In this document: piece by piece, positions 48,131 to 55,955 of the stretch
Numbering within the stretch: position 1 is the first letter of the stretch
Layout of the letters: the number at the start of each line of letters is the position of its first letter
NCBI GenBank assembly: GCA_964466295.1
Contig: CAYXRC010000007.1
Span: forward strand, 26,786-90,785
Direction: 5' to 3'
Source: an uncultured Ruminococcus sp.
GTDB lineage: Bacteria; Bacillota; Clostridia; CAKSNL01; HGM11501
Length of the DNA stretch: 64,000 nucleotides
Notes under the pieces: generated by a model
What the model saw: only the letters and a program-made list of their open reading frames with translations
What the model was told of the DNA's origin: nothing
Database searches by the model: none
Translations under genes and position numbers: made by a program

Positions 48131-49876
48131 ATGTTTAGGAGTATTCAGTGGAGAATACTGACCCTTTTTATAATACTGACGGTAAGCGTCATGTCATTTG
48201 TGGGCGTATTTTCCGCATGGGGAATAAAAAAATACTATAACATGCAGTTTACCGAGGATATGCAGATAAACACCTTTACCGAAGCTATGACGGCAGAGCT
48301 TTCAAGAGCGGCCGCAAGCTCTCTTGACGACCTTAAAAAGGTGCTCTCGGCGTTCAGCGTCAGAATGGGAATAGACTCATACAGGGACGCATATGTGCTT
48401 TCGGGAGAGGACGCAAAATGCCTTTACTCTCTTTCCGGGCGAAATACTGGCGAGGATTTTGAAATTACAGAAAACATCATAGCCGCACTTTCCGGAAAAA
48501 TCGGAAACGAAACAAACGAAATCGGAGAGTTTATGGATTTTGCCGTGCCGGTAAAATCGGGCGGAAAAGTAATGTATATAGTATATGTCAGGGACACCAA
48601 GGTTGAGATGTACGAGGTAATGAAGAGCATCCTTAAAAATATTTTCCTTGCACTTTTAATCGGGTTGGTGCTGTCGGTATTTTTGGGCTATGTCTTTTCT
48701 AAATCGCTAATTGCTCCCTTGGTAAGGCTTAAAAATTCCGCTTCCCATATGGCAAAGGGGAATTTCAGCGATAAAATAAAGGTGTCGGGCGACGACGAAA
48801 TAGGAAGCCTTACCGAAGCCTTTAATCACATGGCCGAGGAGCTTAACTTTACCATGAGCGAAATGGCGGCGGAAAAAAACAAGATTGAAACGGTTCTTTT
48901 ATATATGACAGACGGAGTTGTCGCCTTTAATTCGGACGGAAAGCTTATCCATATAAATCCGGCGGCAATGAAGCTTTTGGGTGTAACCGAGGAATCGGTT
49001 ACCGGCTTTGACGAATTTTTTGCCATGCTTGGTACCGATATTACTATCGGACAGTTTCTGTATCTTGCCAAGGAGCCGGCAGAGAAAAGCATAGACTACG
49101 ACGGCAGACATTTTATGGTTTATCTTGCGCCTCTTGAAAGCGAGGACAAGGTAATAGGCGTCGTTTCGGTATTTCAGGACTATACCAAGCAGCAAAGGCT
49201 TGACAATGCAAGGCGTGAGTTTGTGGCAAACGTATCTCATGAATTAAGGACTCCCATAACCGTCATAAAAAGCTATACGGAAACGCTTATGGATTATCCG
49301 GGGCATGATGAAACGGAAAATAATTTCCTTGCGGTCATAGACGGGGAAACCGACCGCATGACACGCCTTATCAGCGATCTTTTATCGTTGTCCCAGCTTG
49401 ATAACAACATTGAAATGAAAAAAGAGCCCTTTGACATTAAGGAGCTTTTAGAGCTTGCATGTCATAGAATGAATGTAGAGGCTAAAAAGCACGGACAGAA
49501 GATTGTTTTTAAAGCAGAGGAGCTCATGCCTAAGGTAAGCGGCGACAGAAACAGGCTTGAACAGGTGATTGTCAACATTATAGGAAACGCAGTAAAATAC
49601 ACCCAGGACGGCGGCGAGATTTGGGTTAGCTTAAATGCGGATAAGGGTTTTGCATATATTAAGGTAAGGGATAACGGAATCGGTATCCCCAAGGAGGATA
49701 TTCCGCATCTTTTTGAAAGATTTTACCGTGTGGATAAGGCAAGAAGCCGCGCCAAAGGTGGCACAGGCTTAGGGCTTGCTATTGCAAAGGAAATTATAGA
49801 CGCTCACGGAGGAAATATCAATATTGAGAGCGAAGAGGGAGAGGGCACCGAGGTTACGGTTGCACTGCCGCTTTAA
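48131..49876 (+). CDS. walK: sensor histidine kinase, WalK/YycG-like
   Basis: Two TM helices flank a ~150-aa extracytoplasmic domain. HAMP, PAS and HisKA (VANVSHELRTPIT) domains and a HATPase_c domain (GGTGLGLAI) follow. Confidence 0.85.
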   Translation: MFRSIQWRILTLFIILTVSVMSFVGVFSAWGIKKYYNMQFTEDMQINTFTEAMTAELSRAAASSLDDLKKVLSAFSVRMGIDSYRDAYVLSGEDAKCLYSLSGRNTGEDFEITENIIAALSGKIGNETNEIGEFMDFAVPVKSGGKVMYIVYVRDTKVEMYEVMKSILKNIFLALLIGLVLSVFLGYVFSKSLIAPLVRLKNSASHMAKGNFSDKIKVSGDDEIGSLTEAFNHMAEELNFTMSEMAAEKNKIETVLLYMTDGVVAFNSDGKLIHINPAAMKLLGVTEESVTGFDEFFAMLGTDITIGQFLYLAKEPAEKSIDYDGRHFMVYLAPLESEDKVIGVVSVFQDYTKQQRLDNARREFVANVSHELRTPITVIKSYTETLMDYPGHDETENNFLAVIDGETDRMTRLISDLLSLSQLDNNIEMKKEPFDIKELLELACHRMNVEAKKHGQKIVFKAEELMPKVSGDRNRLEQVIVNIIGNAVKYTQDGGEIWVSLNADKGFAYIKVRDNGIGIPKEDIPHLFERFYRVDKARSRAKGGTGLGLAIAKEIIDAHGGNINIESEEGEGTEVTVALPL

Positions 49877-49998
49877 TAAAGTTTCTCTCTTGTTAAGTAA
49901 AAATAACTCCGCCGTAACAGTCCTGTAACAATAACGTGGTATAATAAGCGTATAATAAAAATGAAAATCCGAAATTCTTAAAAAAGGAGGTGCCGATT

Positions 49999-50457
49999 AT
50001 GAAAAAAATAACAGCGATGGTTTTAGCATTTGTTATGATGATTTCTATGTCGGCAGTCTGCCTTGCGTCAGGTGTTACTTATAAGGATGTCGGAAACGCC
50101 GCAAATATTCTGGTTATAAAAAAGCCCGAAAATGCTCAGTCCCAGAGCAATAAAAGCGTTTATCCCGTATCCGGAGTCGCCGATCCGTACTGCACGGTAA
50201 CCGTGCTTACATATAATTCGTCGGACGGTCTTTATTATCCCGCTACGGATTCCGAGGGGAAGACCCTTCAGACTACGGTAGGCGCAAGCGGTCTGTTTTG
50301 CTTTAATGTTCAGCTTAAAACCGGCGATAACAATTTGGCTGTTCAGGCAGTTACAAGCGACAGAGCAAAGGTACAGAGAGTATTTTTCAAAATTAATCTG
50401 GTGTCGCAGGGCTGGTTCAGCAGTATAAAAAGTCTTATTAACGGTTGGAACCGCTGA
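49999..50457 (+). CDS. hypothetical secreted protein inserted between walK and yycH
   Basis: The start is chosen at MKKITAMV, 6 nt after AAGGAGGTG. A signal peptide precedes a beta-rich ~130-aa domain. Confidence 0.55.
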   Translation: MKKITAMVLAFVMMISMSAVCLASGVTYKDVGNAANILVIKKPENAQSQSNKSVYPVSGVADPYCTVTVLTYNSSDGLYYPATDSEGKTLQTTVGASGLFCFNVQLKTGDNNLAVQAVTSDRAKVQRVFFKINLVSQGWFSSIKSLINGWNR

Positions 50458-50476
50458 CGGACAGGAGAGAAAATAA

Positions 50477-51925
50477 GTGAAGGAACGAATTAAGAGTTTT
50501 GTATTGATACTGTTGGTTTTGGTCAGTATAGGTCTTACTTCGGTCACATGGATGGATGAAAGGCTATGGCCGGAAGGCTATAGCCTTTTTGCTAATGTAA
50601 AAAGCTGGCCGATAATCAGAAATTTTTTCGATAATTATTATTCTGAGCCCTTGGAAAACTTAAAAAAGGCGAGAAAAATAGTAATCGCCGACGGAAACGG
50701 TTCAAGCTCGGTTTTTTATAACAGCGACAAGGCTTTTGAAAACGTCTACACCGATATAGGGAATCTGGTATCTGGCTTCCTTGACGGCAGTATAGAAATA
50801 ACGGAGGAGTCGCAGCTTTCCAAAGAGGATTTAAGGAAGATGTTAAACGAGCAGGTCATGTACGCCTATGTCAGCTATCCGGTCGCAACGACTCCGAAGC
50901 TTTTCAGCCGTCTTATGGGCGTTTCCGATTCTGAGAGTCTTAACAGAATTGACGCCGTAAGGGATTTTTTCATACTCCCGACAGGAGGTGACAGCGTTGA
51001 ATTTCTTGCGGTTGATTATGAGGATAAAAATGCCGTCCGCTATGAGCTTTTCTACAAAGGGACGCAGGATTTAATAAACTCCTTCACAAATTATGTGGCA
51101 GGTGTGGACCCGGATCATAACTGTACCTTAGCCCTTGAGATGAACTTAGATACCGTAAATGAGGACGAGGCGGTAAAAATGAAAACGGTGCTGGATTCAT
51201 TTTTGGTATTGGACTCGGCATCCACGGCAAAAAATCAAAGGCAGAAGATTTCCGGCATAAATCCCTTGGCAAAAAGCTCCGAAGCGGCAGCTCGTGCGAT
51301 TGGATGCTTCGGCTATAACCCCAAATCTATACACCGCTATGTGGACAGCGACGGCACCGAGATATACCTTGAAAACGATTCCATGCTTAAGATTTATAAT
51401 AACGGAGTTATCGAATACGAGGCGACGGGCTCCTCCCACGGAATAAAAATCTCCGGCGACGGGTCCTTGTACGAATCCCTTAACAGCGCGGTAAAATTTG
51501 CAGGAGAGGTATACTCCGAAGCCTCCGGTGCCGACTTTAAGGTTAACGTTTCCGGCGACCTTTTATACGCTTCCTCGGGAGAGATGAATTTTTCGTTCGA
51601 TTATTATTTTTCGGGCATACCTGTTACGACAGAGGTTGAGGTCGGCGGAAATAAGCTTGACCATGCGATAGAAATAACGGTAGAGGACGGATATATTACC
51701 AAGGTTAAAATGCTTTTGAGGGAATATGAGGAAACGGACGATTATTTGGATACCTTAACTATCTATGAAGCAATAGATAAAATCGCTCTGCTCTATAATG
51801 AAAAAGAAGAGCCGGTGAGAATTTATGATATTTTCTTATCTTACGGAGAATACGGGAGCGAGGGAGTTATCTCCCCGGTATGGACGGGATATGCCGACGG
51901 AGAACGTGTTATTATAAAAAATTAA
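50477..51925 (+). CDS. yycH: YycH-like WalK-regulatory protein
   Basis: A GTG start after GGAGAG, an N-terminal TM helix and a large extracytoplasmic domain (482 aa). The position immediately after walRK matches Bacillus yycH. Confidence 0.65.
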   Translation: MKERIKSFVLILLVLVSIGLTSVTWMDERLWPEGYSLFANVKSWPIIRNFFDNYYSEPLENLKKARKIVIADGNGSSSVFYNSDKAFENVYTDIGNLVSGFLDGSIEITEESQLSKEDLRKMLNEQVMYAYVSYPVATTPKLFSRLMGVSDSESLNRIDAVRDFFILPTGGDSVEFLAVDYEDKNAVRYELFYKGTQDLINSFTNYVAGVDPDHNCTLALEMNLDTVNEDEAVKMKTVLDSFLVLDSASTAKNQRQKISGINPLAKSSEAAARAIGCFGYNPKSIHRYVDSDGTEIYLENDSMLKIYNNGVIEYEATGSSHGIKISGDGSLYESLNSAVKFAGEVYSEASGADFKVNVSGDLLYASSGEMNFSFDYYFSGIPVTTEVEVGGNKLDHAIEITVEDGYITKVKMLLREYEETDDYLDTLTIYEAIDKIALLYNEKEEPVRIYDIFLSYGEYGSEGVISPVWTGYADGERVIIKN

Positions 51926-51961
51926 AAGACTCTTTAATAAGGAAAGGAGCTTTAAGAAGAA

Positions 51962-52726
51962 ATGAACTGGCCTAAAATAAAAACGGTTTTAATATGTCTT
52001 TTTCTTGTAATAGACCTGTTTTTGGCAGGCTGGGACATTTCCCAAAGGCACGGGAAAAATAGTGTCAGCGAAGAGGTGATTGAAAACACCGTTAAGCTTT
52101 TGGAGGACAGGACAATAAAGGTTTCGCCTGACCTTATAAGGCGCTCTTTGCCGAAAATGGGAGCGGTCACCGTTAAAAATCCCATGTCTGACGAGGCGGA
52201 ATTTATCGGAAAAATATTGGGAAGCGGCTATGCCAAAGAGGATAACCGGTTTTATATCCCCGGTAAAGAGGTTGTAATAGATACCAACAGCTTTAAAATA
52301 ATCGAGGAGAAAACCTTAAATTCCCTTGAGGAAGCAAAAAAATGGCTGGAGGAAAACGGCTTTGATTTAAGCGGCACGGTGGAAACCGAATACATGGGAA
52401 GCTATGTGTTCAGGACTGTTTACGACGGCTTCGAGCTTTTCGGAAGCAATATTACCGTAACCTTTGAAGATAAAACCGCCGTTGCCGAGGGAAGCTTTTT
52501 CTACGTTACAGAGTCCGGCAGAGAAAGCGGAGAGATACTGCATGTAACCTCGGTTTTGCCGCATCTTATATCGGACGGAGCAGAAAACTCTGAGATAACA
52601 AATATTACACCGGGATATAGGTGTATGTCCGCAGAAGATGTGCGCTTTTCGGAGGCAAGCGCCAGTCCCGTATACAGAATAATATTGTCCGACGGTCGTG
52701 AATTTTTTTACGATGCGGTAAAATAG
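51962..52726 (+). CDS. yycI: YycI-like WalK-regulatory protein
   Basis: An N-terminal TM helix plus a ~230-aa extracytoplasmic domain. It follows yycH, as in Bacillus. Confidence 0.6.
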   Translation: MNWPKIKTVLICLFLVIDLFLAGWDISQRHGKNSVSEEVIENTVKLLEDRTIKVSPDLIRRSLPKMGAVTVKNPMSDEAEFIGKILGSGYAKEDNRFYIPGKEVVIDTNSFKIIEEKTLNSLEEAKKWLEENGFDLSGTVETEYMGSYVFRTVYDGFELFGSNITVTFEDKTAVAEGSFFYVTESGRESGEILHVTSVLPHLISDGAENSEITNITPGYRCMSAEDVRFSEASASPVYRIILSDGREFFYDAVK

Positions 52727-52769
52727 TATTTACAAAAACGGATTTTTGTGATATTATAATAAAAGATAT

Positions 52770-52846
52770 GTGCCCGTAGCTCAGCCGGATAGAGCAATGG
52801 CCTCCGACGCCATGTGTCGTGCGTTCGAATCGCATCGGGCATACCA
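52770..52846 (+). tRNA. tRNA-Arg (anticodon CCG)
   Basis: GTGCCCG-TA-GCTC-AGCCGGATA-GAGC-A-ATGGC-CTCCGAC-GCCAT-GTGTC-GTGCG-TTCGAAT-CGCAT-CGGGCAT-A-CCA. A TATAAT box lies upstream at 52753-52758. Confidence 0.8.
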
Positions 52847-52850
52847 CGTC

Positions 52851-52886
52851 GGAGCAAGCTTTATATCGCTTGCTCTGATTTTTTTA
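52851..52886 (+). terminator. rho-independent terminator after tRNA-Arg
   Basis: GGAGCAAGC-TTTATATC-GCTTGCTCTGATTTTTTT. Confidence 0.8.
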
Positions 52887-52995
52887 ATTAAAACAATGCT
52901 TAAAACGTCTTAAAATATCTTTTGCCGATACGGATATTTTAAGACTGAATTTTTAAATGGCAGATAAGAATAACAATGCCAAAGGGTGTGAAGAT

Positions 52996-53766
52996 ATGAG
53001 AATGGTAGTAAAGGTGGGCACCTCTACGCTTGCCCACGAAACAGGAAGGCTTAATATAAGGCGCATTGAAAGCCTTTGCAAGGTTTTAAGCGACCTAAAA
53101 AATGCCGGACATGAAATTATACTTGTGTCCTCCGGCGCTATAGGAATGGGTGTCGGAAAGCTGGGGCTTGAGAAAAGACCGTCGGATATTCCGGGCAAGC
53201 AGGCCGCCGCGGCGGTCGGACAGTGCGAGCTTATGTATACATACGACAAGCTTTTTTCCGAGTACAATCATAATGTAGCGCAGATACTTATTACGGCGGC
53301 GGATATACGGGATAAGGAAAGGAAAGAAAATTTCCACAATACAATAGAAAGGCTTCTTGAGCTTTCAGTCCTTCCCGTAATCAACGAAAACGACACGGTT
53401 GCTACAGACGAAATCGCAATAGGCGACAACGACACTCTTTCAGCAGTGGTCAGCGTAAGCATAAGGGCCGACCTTTTGGTGCTTTTGACCGATATAGACG
53501 GGCTTTACGATAAAAATCCCAAGGAGGATCCCGGCGCCGTGCTTATAAAAGAGGTAGACGAAATAACCGACAAAATAGCGGCTCTGGCAAAGGATACAAA
53601 GGGCTCTCTCGGCACGGGAGGTATGATAACAAAATTAAGCGCCGCCCGTCTTGCAACCGAGTCAGGCTGTGATATGATAATAGCCAACGGGAAAAATCCC
53701 GATATACTTTACGATATTGCCGACGGTAAAAAAATCGGCACTTTTTTCAAAAAGAGGGTGAAATGA
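52996..53766 (+). CDS. proB: glutamate 5-kinase (short form without PUA domain)
   Basis: The start is chosen at MRMVVKVGTS. The amino-acid-kinase fold is present (SGAIGMG; ...NENDTVAT...). Confidence 0.9.
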   Translation: MRMVVKVGTSTLAHETGRLNIRRIESLCKVLSDLKNAGHEIILVSSGAIGMGVGKLGLEKRPSDIPGKQAAAAVGQCELMYTYDKLFSEYNHNVAQILITAADIRDKERKENFHNTIERLLELSVLPVINENDTVATDEIAIGDNDTLSAVVSVSIRADLLVLLTDIDGLYDKNPKEDPGAVLIKEVDEITDKIAALAKDTKGSLGTGGMITKLSAARLATESGCDMIIANGKNPDILYDIADGKKIGTFFKKRVK

Positions 53767-55022
53767 TGACAACGCTTAATATACTAAAAGCCACAAAGGC
53801 GGCGGAGGCAGACATAAAAAATTTAAGCACAGATAAGAAAAACGAAATCATGATGAATATGGCAAAGCGCCTTGAGGAGGAGCAGGAGAGGATACTTTCC
53901 GAAAACCTTAAGGACCTTGAGGCGGCCAAAGGGAAAATAACTGAGGTAATGGCAGACAGGCTTAAGCTTGATAAGAAAAGAATTGCCGCCATGGCAGACG
54001 GGATAAGGCAGATTGCCGCATTGCCCGACCCGGCAAATGAAGATATTGAAAAAATCGTAAGACCGAACGGCCTTATCATTCATAAAAGACGTGTTCCTTT
54101 AGGGCTTGTCGCCATAATTTATGAAAGCCGTCCCAATGTAACGTCGGATGCGGCGGCGCTTTCCTTAAAAAGCGGAAACGCCTGCGTTTTAAGATGCGGA
54201 AAAGAGGCTCATAAAAGCTCTAAGGCGATAGTGGAGGCTCTTAAAAAGGGAATCGCCGATTCGGGCGTTAACGATAATGTTTTAAATATAATTGAGGATA
54301 CCCAGAGGAAAAGCGCCGAAGAGCTTATGAGGGCGGAGGGGATAGTCGACCTTTTAATTCCCAGGGGCGGAAAGGGGCTTATCTCCGCCTGCGTTAAAAA
54401 CGCCACTGTTCCCTGTATTCAGACAGGTACCGGCATATGCCACGTATATGTGGATAAAGCTGCGGATATAAATAAGGCGCTTGATATAATAGAAAACGCA
54501 AAAACCTCAAGACCGTCCGTATGCAATGCCGAAGAGGTTTGTCTTTTGCATAAGGATATTGCAAAAACCTTTCTTCCGCTCCTTAAAAAGAGGCTGACTG
54601 ATGACAGGGAAAAAAGAGGAGAAATCCCTGTGGAGCTTAGGCTTTGTCCCGAGGCCTTAAAAATAATTGACGGAAAAGAAGCGGGAAATGACGACTTTGA
54701 CACTGAGTTTTTAGACTATATTCTTGCGGTTAAGGTTGTAAATTCCGTTACGGACGCCGCAGAGCATATTCTTTTACATTCCACCGGTCACAGCGAAGCC
54801 ATTATAACCGAGGATAAAAAGGCGGCAAAATATTTTGCCGATTATACCGACAGTGCGGCGGTATATATTAATGCGTCAACAAGATTTACAGACGGAGGAG
54901 AATTCGGCATGGGCTGTGAAATGGGAATATCTACCCAAAAGCTTCATGCAAGAGGACCGATGGGCTTAAAAGAGCTTACAACATACAAATATATAATAGA
55001 AGGAAACGGTCAGATACGATAA
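53763..55022 (+). CDS. proA: gamma-glutamyl phosphate reductase
   Basis: A 419-aa ALDH-fold ProA (catalytic Cys in ...ASTRFTDGGEFGMGCEMGIS...). Confidence 0.92.
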   Translation: MMTTLNILKATKAAEADIKNLSTDKKNEIMMNMAKRLEEEQERILSENLKDLEAAKGKITEVMADRLKLDKKRIAAMADGIRQIAALPDPANEDIEKIVRPNGLIIHKRRVPLGLVAIIYESRPNVTSDAAALSLKSGNACVLRCGKEAHKSSKAIVEALKKGIADSGVNDNVLNIIEDTQRKSAEELMRAEGIVDLLIPRGGKGLISACVKNATVPCIQTGTGICHVYVDKAADINKALDIIENAKTSRPSVCNAEEVCLLHKDIAKTFLPLLKKRLTDDREKRGEIPVELRLCPEALKIIDGKEAGNDDFDTEFLDYILAVKVVNSVTDAAEHILLHSTGHSEAIITEDKKAAKYFADYTDSAAVYINASTRFTDGGEFGMGCEMGISTQKLHARGPMGLKELTTYKYIIEGNGQIR

Positions 55023-55034
55023 GGGGGAATTAAA

Positions 55035-55844
55035 ATGAGGTATAAAGCCGGATTTTTAGGCACAGGAAACATGGGCTTTGCCCTGGCGCTTGCCGCATCA
55101 AAGGAGTGCGGTGGCAAAAATATAATTCTGTCTTGTAAGGATATAAAGCACGCAGAAGAAAAGGCGAAAGGTTTAGACGCCGCTTTCGGCACCGCCGAAG
55201 ATGCGGCAGAAAATTCGGATTTTATTTTTTTGGGAGTTAAACCGAAAGCGCTTAAAGAGATATGTGGGCAAACAAAGGGCGTTATAAACGAAAAAAACAA
55301 AGGGGCGGTTTTGGTTTCAATGCTTGCCGGTGTAAGCATCGAAACCATAGGAGAGTGTTTCGGGGCAGATAAAAAAATAATAAGGATAATGCCTAACACT
55401 CCGGCGGCGGCAGGGAGCGGTCTTATATTGATGTGTGCCTCTTGTAATGTTACAGAGGAGGACAAAACGGAATTTAAAAATTTAATGAGGCATGCCGGGA
55501 TTTTAGATGACATTGACGAAAAGCTGATTGATGCTGCCAGTGCCGTGTCGGGGTGCGGTCCGGCATTTTTGTATATGTTTGCCGAGGCATTGGCAAACGG
55601 CGGTCTTTTGTGCGGACTTCCCAAAAATAAGGCTTTATTTTATGCCCTTAATATGATTAAGGGCTCCTGCGACCTGGCGCTTTTAACAGGCAAGCATCCG
55701 TCGGTTTTAAAAGACGAGGTTACAAGTCCCGGCGGAAGCACGGCCGAGGGGCTTTTATCCCTGGAGCTTTCGGGTTTTAGCGGAGCCGTAACCGAGGCGG
55801 TAAGAAAATCCTATGAAAAAACAAAGGCGCTGGGGAAAAAGTAA
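55035..55844 (+). CDS. proC: pyrroline-5-carboxylate reductase
   Basis: GFLGTGNMG Rossmann motif; 269 aa. It completes proBAC. Confidence 0.92.
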   Translation: MRYKAGFLGTGNMGFALALAASKECGGKNIILSCKDIKHAEEKAKGLDAAFGTAEDAAENSDFIFLGVKPKALKEICGQTKGVINEKNKGAVLVSMLAGVSIETIGECFGADKKIIRIMPNTPAAAGSGLILMCASCNVTEEDKTEFKNLMRHAGILDDIDEKLIDAASAVSGCGPAFLYMFAEALANGGLLCGLPKNKALFYALNMIKGSCDLALLTGKHPSVLKDEVTSPGGSTAEGLLSLELSGFSGAVTEAVRKSYEKTKALGKK

Positions 55845-55878
55845 TAAAAAGTTAATATTTATGTTAATTAAGGACATA

Positions 55879-55907
55879 TTGACATAAACGGGGTAAAATG
55901 ATATAAT
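55879..55907 (+). promoter_or_regulatory. perfect-consensus extended -10 sigma-A promoter for the SLH-domain surface protein gene
   Basis: TTGACA (55879-55884), a 17-nt spacer, and TGaTATAAT (55899-55907). Confidence 0.7.
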
Positions 55908-55955
55908 TTAATCAAATGATTAAATAAAAAAACAAAGGGAAAGGGGTATATTAAT

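Noticed and set aside
52890-52995. T-box riboswitch upstream of proBAC or hisZ
   Set aside because: The leaders are only ~110 nt and ~60 nt. No specifier-loop / T-box (AATTAGGGTGGNACCGCG-like) sequence or antiterminator-terminator pair is present.
55010-55624. 204-aa antisense ORF
   Set aside because: It lies fully within proC on the opposite strand and is a shadow ORF.
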